Notes under the pieces: model-generated
What the model was told of the DNA's origin: nothing
Databases searched by the model: none
Seen by the model: only the letters and a program-made list of their open reading frames with translations
NCBI GenBank assembly: GCA_000002445.1
Contig: AE017150.2
Location: 64,001-128,000, forward strand
Direction: 5' to 3'
DNA: 64,000 nt
Source of the DNA: Trypanosoma brucei
Lineage: Eukaryota
Part shown: positions 50,231-61,377 of the stretch, in pieces
How positions within the stretch are numbered: the stretch's first letter is position 1
Layout of the letters: the number at the start of each line of letters is the position of its first letter
Program-made: the position numbers and the translations under genes

Positions 50231-53200
50231 TGTGTAGTGATGATGATATGTAATCGACAGTCCCTTGACTCGGAATGCGGTATTAACATGTCTCAGATGT
50301 TAAGCGTTCTTGTTCTACAAGGGAAGTCATTTGCCTTTTCTTCCTTTTTGCAGGAAATAAAAAATAAAAAGAAGAATTCAGGGGTTGTAGCGGATAACTG
50401 CCTCTTTGGATAGTAGCAATATATTATGAAGCATGTACCACAGTCTACTCAGTATTTTTTTTATTTTTTTGACTTCCTCTGATTTCATTAACTTTCGTCC
50501 ATGTTTATAAATGATACTTTTTGTGAAAGTTATAACAAGAAACTAACTCGTAGTTTTAGTCATTAGTTTCACAGTTCTGAATTTTCGTAATGATGCCACG
50601 GCAAAATATCATTATCGTTTCCTATTTTATTGAAGAGTTACTCTCGTAGAAGAAAGCAGGATGAAAATACTCAAGACTTCACCAACAGGGGCCAGACGTT
50701 CCTCAAAAAAGAACGAACAAAGAAGTTAACCACACAACCCTTCTTACAAATGAGCGTCTGTCAATGTGCAAGAAAAACAAAGGCTCTTCAACTGCACACA
50801 ACACTAGAAACGATATCAGCGGCTTCAATCCCACAGTTAAAGCCACTTGACGAAACACTCAGCATACGAAACCTTTGCAAAGCAATGTATTGGTTATTTA
50901 AAGAAAAAGAAAAAAACGTATTCCTTCACGTGCAGTTTGAACAAACTGCTAGCCTAGAACTAAGAGTATCAACACACACAGGTGATAACTACGCGTCGAA
51001 TATTTGCTGCCCAGCTGACTCCAAACTCACAAAGAGGAAACAACACGTAACCACTTACAGCCCAGCTGCTAGTGTCCTTTAAGTGCATACAAATACACAA
51101 CAGCAATCATTGTCACACTAATTTTAGGCATCATTTAATACGTATTTAACAAACATGATGCCCGACTCCAAATGTGAAAGGCACTCGTCACGCACCCTCC
51201 CCGCCAATTCCACAGAATGGTGGAAACGAAGCGGCAAAGGAGGAGCGGCGCGGCGCTGTTAAACCGAATAGCTGCGCATCGGCCGCATTGAGTTTGTGGA
51301 ATGCGGAGAAACCACCAGTTGAGTTTAGAGTAAGTGATGCCTCTCACAGAGCAGTGGCGGCAGAAGGTGTCAAGAACCTTTTTTTTAGAAACCTCCCGAA
51401 ATGCGTTGAAACGCCAAGCACTACCGTCACCCCCAGAGCAAAAACGTTGGAGAGAAAAAGCGAAACAATGCGTAGGTTGTGGCGCTGAAACCGCAATTAC
51501 CAACTGGCAAGGTGGATGGACCGCGACATGTGAGCGAGCAAGGGAGGCATCGCGATATGTTTGTGGAATGTGGGGAAATGTAAGAAAAGAGACCACTAAA
51601 TATGATAACGGTGTTAGAGCAACGAATATGAGCAGCGTCCAATTCCGTTTAGAAACCCTGTCCGGAATTTCTGTCCGTAAAACAACAACTGGCATCGCCG
51701 ACGAATTAAGGACAGAGGGCTGCGGGATGCCAACCAAAAAAAACCAACAATAGGCCACAGCCACCCCAAATCAGAAAGTCCATGTAAAAGTAACCAAATA
51801 CTCGCAGCTCAAACGCTCAAATGTTGGATACGCAGCAGGTGACACGGCGGAAGGAATATTATCCGGCGCTTGGAAGCATGTCACCACCGCAACGACTCCT
51901 CAGAAACTGGACAGCTTCAAGTGTGGAGTGGCGGCTTGCATATGAACACGGTGAGTGTCGGAAAAGGGAGGAAAGGCACAGCGGGAGGAGTGGCAAAGTA
52001 AAAAAGGCAGGGGGGCGGTGCCAAGACTCCCGAGCAGACATCCGCTAAAACCTACGGCATATGACATGTTTGATACGGCCATTGCAGCGCAGGAGGAACT
52101 GTTGCAACGAATCGGACATGACTGTTATGGGCCCGTCACTGCCTTCAGAGACTTTTCCAAACGAAAGGAAAGAGCGCATTGCGACAGAGTGATGCTGACG
52201 TGTGCAGAAGTCTGAAGGCATTATATCAGCGAGGTCTGTGGTGACTAAAAGCCTGAGATGGGCACATGGTTAGAAGGGTGGTGGATCCTGCGAATAGTTG
52301 AAAGTAGGGTGCCTGTACTTTATTTCTCATATACTCGCGTGCTCCGTATACAAAATATAAATGAGAAATGGAGCCAACAAACGCGCCAGCAAAGTGACTC
52401 TGTTCCTTTGCAATGTCCAGACAATTCGTACTAAGACTCTTAAAGCTATTGGACCGAAGGAACCTCACGACCATGTGCAGCCGGCAAACGTACGAAAATG
52501 GAGAGCTGGCCGGCATCCCACCCTCCACTTGACAGCTGCTCTCAACTGGAATATCGGGGATTATGGATGGTGCGGAAAGCTCATCATTTCGTGGATTCTT
52601 CTGAGTAGCAATGGAGTCTGAAGGTTAACCCAAAGAGTTAAAACGTTGAACAGACCTGGTGACCCACATGGTCTTTTTTTGTGTAAAAAATGCCGGACTG
52701 CCTTACTGCATCCCTTCGCGTGCATGCAAACTGAGCACAACGCAATGTCTCCTTTATTGTTTGAAGCATGAAAGCTCATGGATCATAGCCATGGGACAGA
52801 GGGCCTTGATTACGTTAGACTGATAGGACCGCTGTGTATTTTTTGTCGTTTATGTTGGGATTGGTATTTGATAGTAGCATCTGTTAATGTACAATCATTC
52901 TAGTGAATTCGGCACATTACAGTGATTTCTTTTGAGAGTTTCTCTTCCCCCTCACTCTGAGTAGATGTGGGGTAACTGGTTTCTTTTCTGACGTTAACAT
53001 GGTATGCCAGTTCTGTTTGGCAATGTTACGGTATCATCACGCACAGTTTCGAAAATTGTCTGTAAAGCTGTTTTGAATCCATGTTGCGGTTGTCACGAAT
53101 CCAAAAAATGATAACGGAGACGGGTCTGCAAAAAGGTATTGTGAGTTAGCGGCAATACTGCGTATCAAATAATGTCACATCACGATGATTACAGTGCTGC

Positions 53201-56200
53201 TTCACAACTTCAGCATAGGGGAATGGCGGAATCGTTTCAAATGCGGAACAAATAATGAGAGTCCAAATCTCCCTCTTAAATTCCCGTGTCCGCATAAACT
53301 GTATACAGGTGAAACATTTCTTTCAAGGAAACTGTATTTACGAGATTTAATCTAAGGAGAGATTAGGAATGCAGATACTTCATGCCTTCAATGAACAGCC
53401 GTACATCAGACCTGTCAACTCCATTAAGTGACTGAGGAGTTAACCTATTGTAAGGTGTATGGACATGGAGACATGGTTTGAGCAACCAACAGCCAGTATT
53501 CAGTACAGTTGGCTTATGTGAAACCAAAACGTCTGCATCCGTGTATGTTCAACCTGACAGCTTCGCTTAGCCTTTTGTTAAGCTGTACGACACTCTTCCA
53601 GGTGTATGCAACAAAATACAGTTATGCGCGTGATCTTGCAAGTGAGGATGGTAGTCTACAGTAAGCATGCGAAACAGGGAAAATATATATTGAGCTGCTC
53701 TGAATCCATTTCATGCAGAATGTAAGAGCACAACCCGGCTGATATTTTGATATGAACCAACACACTAAAGAATGATTTAAGAAGCAGGAAAAAGTTGATC
53801 CAAACTGCACTTAGCCTGGAATTATTTCCAATGCTCCTAGATAATATTGTGTATGATGCGTATGGGGATTTATTACTTTTTGAGGGAGCATGAAAAAGGA
53901 TGAGGAGCAGAAACTGTTCGGAAGATGACAATATTTACGATTCTTATTATTAGGTCGATATCGCCTTTGTGATGGCTTAATGGTTTAGTATGTATGAGTG
54001 CTTTATACTTGCTTTATTTGAACACAAACTCATGCATGCCCACAAATTGTGAAGCTGCATACCCACAGATATCAATTAAGGGCATCAAACTTTTGGTGTA
54101 AAGCAGTCATTTTCATATGAAGTTAGCATTCCGAAACAGCTACCTGGGAGAGGAAATTGAAGGTCCACCGCCCTTGCCAACACGCGTTTCGTGTGTATTT
54201 GTGGTCAAAATGGAGGTCATATGTAGCCGCACCATTTCATTGACCGCTGCGTAATATATTCCCTCACTTATACTCATTAATATCCACTGACGCCTCTCTT
54301 TTCTCTCTTTGTGTGCGGGAAGCAGTGCCGTCGTGCAGAGAGAATCGCAACATTGGATCAGAGAATGGATCTGGAGTGTGTTAGAAGGCAGTCAGAGACA
54401 ATAGAAGTTGTGACGGTTGTGGTGTTCTGGGTGAATTTGGATTTGATTAATGATGAACCTCCTCGTGTAGCGGTAAGAGACCCTGATGAAACTGCACACA
54501 AAGAAACTGGAGGAAGGGCTCACAATGGTCATAAACACGTCTTATGGATGTGATAATGTATGAAGTGAAAGTGTGGATACAAGGTTGAGAGTAATCGTGT
54601 GTGAGACTGTATTGGCCAATTTTTACAAAATGGGGATGAATTCTCTCCGTGTATGAATGCTGCGTTGGAGAGTGCAAATGATACGTTACACGTACAAGCT
54701 GGAGAGGGTGGCGACTGACGTCTGAACTTGGAATGGATGTAAAAGACATAAAGCATTGTACCGATGCGAAAGCAAAGGGCGCATGCATGTCAACGATAGA
54801 AAACTAGTTTAGACTCTTTTTATTCGGATATGCTTTGGCGGAAACAGTGTGCATGCAGAAACCCCGAGCATCCGACAACGGGATATAGAAGCGTTAACGA
54901 TAGTCTCCAACTCATGGAAATCCGGCGGACATCAACTCCTCTCAATTATAAGTTACTTCGAGCTTATCAATTTCCTCCTTATGAGGTCCCATTTCCTCCA
55001 CACACTTTTGCATCACAACAATGGAGAGAAGGAGAAAATGTTGAAGCGCATTATGCACTGTATCAAACTTGTTTGTGTATGTATTTGGTCTCTTCTGATA
55101 TGAGTCTTACCGTTACCAACATGTTACCGGCTCTAGGAATCCATGAGCGTGATGTACATAAAATATCACGAACTTTGTGCACGCCTTGGTGTTCCACTTA
55201 GTGAGCGTCATCAAACTCAATGAGCAGAACCACATGGAAGGAGGAAATTGTGTATTTGTATGCATACATGTGTGGCAATATGTTGGTTTGTAACACTGTG
55301 GTGAGAGTAAATGGAAGCATCTTTTAATATGGAGAATACCGCACATAAACACACCTCAGCGTATCGCCAAGAAATAATGGCGGAAACGGGTCAGACAATG
55401 TTGCAAAGATATCAGTCTCAAATATATACATATGACACTAGCCATTCTCTGGTCACACAACAAGGAAGAGCAAGGTGTAGCGTTGATTGGATGTAACGGC
55501 AGGATGAATCATTTCCTTTAAAGGACAAATGAGCAGATGCGCGTGTGCAGTCCAAACCGGCCAACTGTGCATTGCATTTCATTGAGAAATATTTTGTTGA
55601 TTCAGTAGGAAGAACGCCTTCTTTTTTCACTCTCATTTTACGCAGACATGACGGTCGATAGAGGTTTGTACCAGCTGATGCATTTACAACCGTGTACGGT
55701 GATAAATGTTAACTGATTGCTCCTGTCATGTGACTCTCGAGACGTTACCAGGTGACCATGGAATTATCTTAAAGATGTTTGGATAGAAGGGCATCTAATA
55801 GGTGCCGGTCTTCTAATGCAGCGAAAAGCTTGTAATGCATGCGTATGTTTGGTAAGATGCGAGGAAGCCATTGAGTGTACTGTTGTAGTTAGCTGTTGCG
55901 CACTGCATTGACTGGGTCTGGTTGTGGCACATCTCAGTAATGAAATGCAGAAACCTCTCATCCATCGCAGTGATCGGCAAATATGTCTTAATTAAGTTGA
56001 ATGGCAGGTGGTGTCTATGCATATGCTGGGTTGCTCGACCGCCAGAAACCTGGATTAAAGCAGCAAAAGGTGTTGTCGTTTGTTTTTATCCATGCATTTG
56101 TTCAAACTATCTGTGCATCAATGAGAACTATCATTGTCTTTCAGTATAACCAACCTTTCTACGCCATCACTAGCAACTCTCTTCCATCCATCATTGCTAA

Positions 56201-56244
56201 ACAAGATAACTTTCTTGATGAATTTCATTCATGATCGCACGCGT
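50231..56244. other. ORF-poor, GC-richer, non-repetitive region lying between the leftward-transcribed RHS array and the rightward-oriented genes. The leading interpretation is a divergent strand-switch region that may include degenerate element debris.
   Basis: No ORF longer than 209 aa in any frame. No recognisable protein motifs in the longest ORFs (50630..51082, 51135..51764). The base composition differs clearly from the AT-rich spacers. Flanking gene orientation is minus to the left and plus to the right. Confidence 0.4.
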
Positions 56245-58599
56245 ATGCCGGCTGACGAAGCACAGCAAGCTCCACCACCTCTCCCAATTACCTTTACGAC
56301 GCCAACACTTTTCCTGTTGCTGTTAGTGTTACTTCAACTTTATCAAATATGTGTTATTTTTAACGCAGATGACAGTGGGAAAGTTACGGTGAAGGCAATA
56401 TCTCTGTTATACAGTCGAAAATGGGACCTACAAGTTATCAATGCCGTGAATGCCGGTTTCAATGCCTCCCTGGCTGCTCGGAACTGGACGGTGGCACTCG
56501 GGGTGAATGTTGAAGTTGCCCGCTCCCCCTCATACGGCATCAATTTGGTCCAGTTTCTGAATGATTACCCGAAGGCACTAAATGGCGATGACGCGAACGA
56601 GCTGTACAATACATCAGAAGGGAACCAACTTGTTGGATTCGGTCCCATGACTGAGTATCGACAGGGCATGAGGGATACCTGCCGCATTTTTGCTTCCTGC
56701 TCCTTGGGGCCACTGGCGAACTTATTACCCCAGTACGTTATGCGATGAGTCACTTACGTGTGCTAAAGCAGGGTTTCATGTATCTTGATGGGCTCCCGGG
56801 AGGTAGTGAGGCATATAATCAGGCAGTGGATTTCATATGGCGCATGGGGTACAGTTTCTGTTGTGTTTTCACGGTGGAGGACAAAGCGGGTGGCCAAGGT
56901 GGATCACCTGAGGAATTCGACGCCGTATGGGATGAGTTTGCTGGGGGAAATCCACAGGCTGTGACTATGTTTGCCGCCATGAAGCCTGATGCCAAAAAAA
57001 TTCTCGTGAGGTTGGTGTCTGATCCGCGTACGGAAGATACGTTCATGCCAACTCCGATCTTATTGCAGAAATCAATCGTGCGCATCTGGAAAGAGACATT
57101 GGAGGAAGCGAATGTTCCGTTTGTTCCCCATCGTGTGATTCAGACGGGGTCAAATCCTCTCGCTGAGGAAGATTATATCGACGCGGTAAAACGCTTTCAG
57201 ACTGAAATGAGGAACTATTTGACTGAATACAGGGAGTGGAGTGACTTCAATGATGCGGATCACTTTCTAAAGAGTGACGCGGATGGGGAGCTGACGATCA
57301 ATGGCTGGATTACTGGAGAGGTGTTGGCGCGGGCACTGCGTAGTCATGGCTGGATGAAAAATCGCACAGCCGTCATTGAGTCGCCGTTATGTGATTGATG
57401 GCATCGTGATCGGTGATTTTGGAGGTGAGTGCGATAGCTTTACCACTGCAAATGATGCCACTTGCCGCTGCAACCGTGGCAGGAAGAACGTCTACATGAG
57501 GGAGATTGCTGAAAATTACCGCCTGCAACCGCTTGTTGGCAGGCATATTATGACAACTTCCTTACAGTGTTATATCGACCCCTCGTTCCTATAGACACCA
57601 CTCATCGGCCTCATCGTTGATATGGAAGATCACGAAGAGCTTCTGAGAGAGGTTCCACACAGTTTGAAACTGGTGTGTCCACCACGACCGCATCTGGGAA
57701 AGTTGGCGAGATGAACAGTTCCTTCCTTCAGAGGATTGCCACAGATACGCACAAGGTTTCCAACGAGCTCAACACATTGCGGCAGGAAAGGATAGTCACT
57801 GCCGTGTTTGGCATCGTAACAAAAGCGGTGCTCGGTCTGACATTCATTGACCCTATGACACCAATCCCCCATCTGAACAGTTTCAGCAGGAATGTGATCC
57901 ACTTGTCCCCAACAATGGAACAGCAGCTATACATGTTAGCGAGCTCCCTCTCCAGCATTCGTGCTGACTTCCACCAATTGCGTTGTAAGGGGCGGTGAGG
58001 CGTCCGCTTTCATTGATGCGCTAAGAAAGGCACTGCTCACATTTGGCTTGAACCTCAGCTCTACCGTTGTGTTGACTGCAGGGGACTCTGTTGGAGAGTA
58101 TCTTTCGAAAAGTGGTAGCACTTTTATCATTGGACTTGCTGTTGATGGCATTGTGGTAATTGAAGAGCATCTACGTATCCGCAACAAGGTGCGCGTATTT
58201 GTCCAGTTCTCTGGCATTGCGCTGCTGTAAAATGAGTTTGTGCAAGCCTTCGACAATAGCGATGGCACCAAGCACCTTTTGTTCGCAACAAGTTTGCTTT
58301 GCTACCCAGACATCAACACGACATCGTAGACTGTGCAACGGTTCCACGAGGCGGTACGTGAGGTGGAAAAGTGGACGCCGCTGTCGGTGCTGGGTTTCGC
58401 CACGGGTAGACTAATACAAGAGAATCTGCAAAACATGGAAAGGGTAACGTCCGGCCTGCTGGTCGACCTTTTCTTCAACCAAACAGTAATCATCATTGAT
58501 GGCATGCGTTATATGGGCCGTACAAACATTATGATTGCATAATCAACGTTGTCGTTACCGCTGATGATTGCATGTCAAACTTCGGTGCTACGGATATAA

Positions 58600-58679
<80 letters not shown>

Positions 58680-59192
58680 TCAGTGGGACGTCCGCTACGG
58701 TCAGATGCACCAATACTACAGAATCCGATGTCGCCGTCGTTGATGTGCGCTGTCCCCAACGGTAATGCCCTCACCCCCGCACAAGTTGCTGGTGTGGTTG
58801 ATGACTCTTTATTCGTTGTGGCTCTCGCAATATGTCTAAGCTTACTTGCGTGATTCCCTCTCCGGGGCACCCGTGATGACGACAGCGCGCCGAAGGAATC
58901 AACGGACCCTGTGACACTAATATTTACTGACATTGATAGCAGGACTGCGTTGTGGGCTGCACACCCTGATCTGATGGCTGATGCCGTTGCAACACATCAC
59001 CGTCTGATTCGTTCACTGATTGGGAGGTATGACTGCTACGAGGTGAAAACTGTTGGTGATTTGTTCACAATAGTGAGCAAGAGTCCCTTCGCTGCCGTAC
59101 ACCTCGCACAGAAACTACAGCTGTGTTTCTTGCATCATTCCTTCCGAAGGGGTTGCACAATTTCTAACAGCGCCGAATGGACAAATGCATAA
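56245..59192 (+). pseudogene. GRESAG4: Receptor-type adenylate cyclase pseudogene (GRESAG4/ESAG4 family). It has multiple frameshifts, an in-frame stop in the transmembrane segment and a truncated catalytic domain.
   Basis: The colinear plus-strand ORF fragments 56134..56748, 56745..57398, 57376..57594, 57675..57998, 57961..58230, 58333..58542 and 58911..59192 give, in order: a signal-peptide-like 'TPTLFLLLLVLLQ'; extracellular-domain blocks (KAISLLYS, AGFNASLAARNW, GELTINGWITGEVLARALRSHGWMKNR, IVIGDFGGECDSF, FSRNVIHLSPTMEQQLYMLA, TPLSVLGFATGRLIQ); a juxtamembrane 'FPLRGTRDDDSAPKESTDPVTLIFTDIDSRTALWAAHPDLMADAVATHHRLIRSLIGRYDCYEVKTVGDLF', which is the class III cyclase catalytic-domain start; and an end at 59192 after 'LQLCFLHH'. 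A TGA lies about 12 codons upstream of FPLRG in the same frame. Confidence 0.85.
58603..58678. repeat. (TG)38 dinucleotide microsatellite inside the adenylate cyclase pseudogene, just upstream of the transmembrane/juxtamembrane segment.
   Basis: Direct count: 76 nt of uninterrupted tg. It translates as (CV)n on plus and (HT)n on minus in the ORF track. Confidence 0.95.
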
Positions 59193-61195
59193 TATTACGG
59201 AGCGTTGCTTATGCACACAGCTTATATAATGTCACATGCGTTGTGATTTGTAGAGGGGAGTGGGCCACCAGAAATTGGGTCATTTTAATGTCAATAAGTT
59301 TTTACCGCTTCTTGGACCCGTCATTCCCCGCACTTAACCTTTTCGAACCGAGGAGTTGGTAAAAGACGGCCAAGCAACGGTATCGTCGACACCGTGGCCA
59401 TCAGTACGGGATTTTACATACGGTAACGAAGCGTGGGCATATGTTTTTCTTTAAACGTCATTTTTTAAATTTTTCTGTACATTGTTGCTGTCACTTCTAC
59501 GAAGTATGGCCAGAATGTTAGAGTAGTGCATTTGTGTGCAAAACGAAGAAAATAATACTCCCTTTGTTTTTCTTTCCCTCTTGGGTTGTATGAAAAGAGG
59601 GGACTCCTGTTTGTAGGATGACAAGAGCTGTTTTGTTTATTTCCTCAAAAAAATTGCATGCTCCATAGTTGCTCCAATATTCCCATCCCTTCATTGGAAA
59701 ATGACCCGTCGGCTCCGTCCATGTGAGTGAAGCGGTGGCCCTGATATTTGCCCTGATGCTTTTTCTTTTTTCCACCGTGAAACCTGCACTGCACTGCACT
59801 TGCGTTCCCTCATCCCCTCTTACAGTTATCCGTTTCACTTCCCCTGTTGAGGAATGCGTATTTCTAACCGTGCGAGATATCAAACAGTAAATCTGTCGGA
59901 CAAACAAAAGGCTGAGAAATTCGTCACATAAACTTATGAGCATTCACCACTGAGGCACGCACGCTCACCAACACCAACAAAGTCAAGCAAAAGGCGCTGC
60001 ATATTAATACTCAATGGCGCCATAATGTTCCCTTTCGTGTTCCCTTTTCCTTTTTCCTTCCGTTGGGGTTACACAACACTTGTGGGAACCCGCTTCACTT
60101 CGTCCTTTTCCAATTATGAAGGTAACTGTGTTTTGTTTGCCACACTTCCGCTTGTTATTTCTCCAACTGGTTTCACTTACAGAAGTCGCGTGTACACCAC
60201 TTGTGGAGGAAATATTACATTAGGCAAAACCAACAACGAAAAAAATGGCAATACATTCTAAAACATTCCCTCAACATTGCAGAACTCATGAAAGGAACCA
60301 TGGTTACTGCCACCAGGTTAAGCAAAGACCAAAAGGCTTTTGAAATGTGTTTTCGAATCGAATGTACCACTGGTATTTCTTTAACATGCAAACACAACAC
60401 AAATCACGGCATGCACAAACACGAGTGCCAAGCTTCTTATAGAGATATTTCAATACCTGAAAAAAGGGACCGGGACGCAAAGTTTGGGAATGGAATTTCC
60501 CCGCCCGTAACGGTGATCATCTAAGACATTCAATCAACACATTTCCGCCTGTCCACAGTTAATCGGAAACCGTAGTGCCCATATGTCTCCCTAATTACTG
60601 TTGTCCCTTCAGTTTTCACAGTAGATGTTTCAATTGGTTTCTGTGGCCGAGGTAAATAAAGCGTATGTGTCATATCCGGGAGGTGTTTTCATGTGTCTTC
60701 TCTTTCCGTTTTGTCACTGCGTTTGGGCTCACGCAGTGACATTAATTGAAAATTTAGGCCACTACCATAGATGGGTGGCTCGTGGAGAGAGTGAGGATTG
60801 GGATTATTCTAACAGCTTTGTGGTTGTGTGTGCTGTGCTTTTGGAAAATATTGCAGCCAATGAAAGGGAAGGCAAGTGTCACCTTGCTTTCCATGCTGCG
60901 ACATCAATGCATAAGAATTATATGCTAGTTGCTCTGCAAGGGAAGGTCGTGAAGGCGAAGGTTAGCTTCCGGTTTAAGGAAGTGCAGAGACTTCCTGATA
61001 CTACTGTCAGAAACTACTGTTGCTGCGTGCTCCAGGCACTGGGTCAGTAATTCATAAATACAACAACGAGAATAAAATTAATCCCTTGTGGCTGCTAAGC
61101 GTGCAAGCAACTGAGAATAATAAACAGTATATTTTTGCCACACTTTATTGATTTCTATATATATACAAAACAACCTCATTACAATTATCATTTCT

Positions 61196-61377
61196 TTTGT
61201 CCCCAAAGACTGCTGAATGAAGGTTAGGATTACTGACCATAACACATTTTGGCATGCACCTCAATTACTTCCTTATAACACTCCCCCCATTTGATTCATC
61301 GCTTAGCTCTATTATTAAAAAAAGAAAAAGCATTTCCTCAACACTCAGCACCTCAAGGAATCGGAAACGGGAACTAT
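61196..61377 (+). promoter_or_regulatory. Pyrimidine-rich tract with downstream AG dinucleotides. It is a candidate trans-splicing acceptor region for the LRRP mRNA.
   Basis: 'ccttataacactccccccatttgattcatcgcttagctctattatt...' is followed by several AG within 100 nt of the ATG at 61378. Kinetoplastid pre-mRNAs are processed by trans-splicing downstream of polypyrimidine tracts. Confidence 0.4.

Noticed and set aside
50630-51764. ORFs 50630..51082 (+, 150 aa) and 51135..51764 (-, 209 aa) in the region to the right of the array.
   Set aside because: No recognisable domain or motif. They overlap each other on opposite strands. Length is within chance expectation for GC-balanced DNA. They are left as part of the unannotated strand-switch region.
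57140-57170. tRNA T-loop-like string 'ggggtcaaatcctc'.
   Set aside because: It lies inside the adenylate cyclase reading frame (encoding TGSNPLAEE). No acceptor-stem or anticodon-arm complementarity is present around it.
59193-61195. ORFs 59518..59943 (-), 60201..60524 (+) and 60625..61050 (+) between the cyclase pseudogene and LRRP.
   Set aside because: No recognisable similarity. The first ~250 nt may be degenerate continuation of the cyclase catalytic domain. The rest is best treated as intergenic sequence with processing signals.
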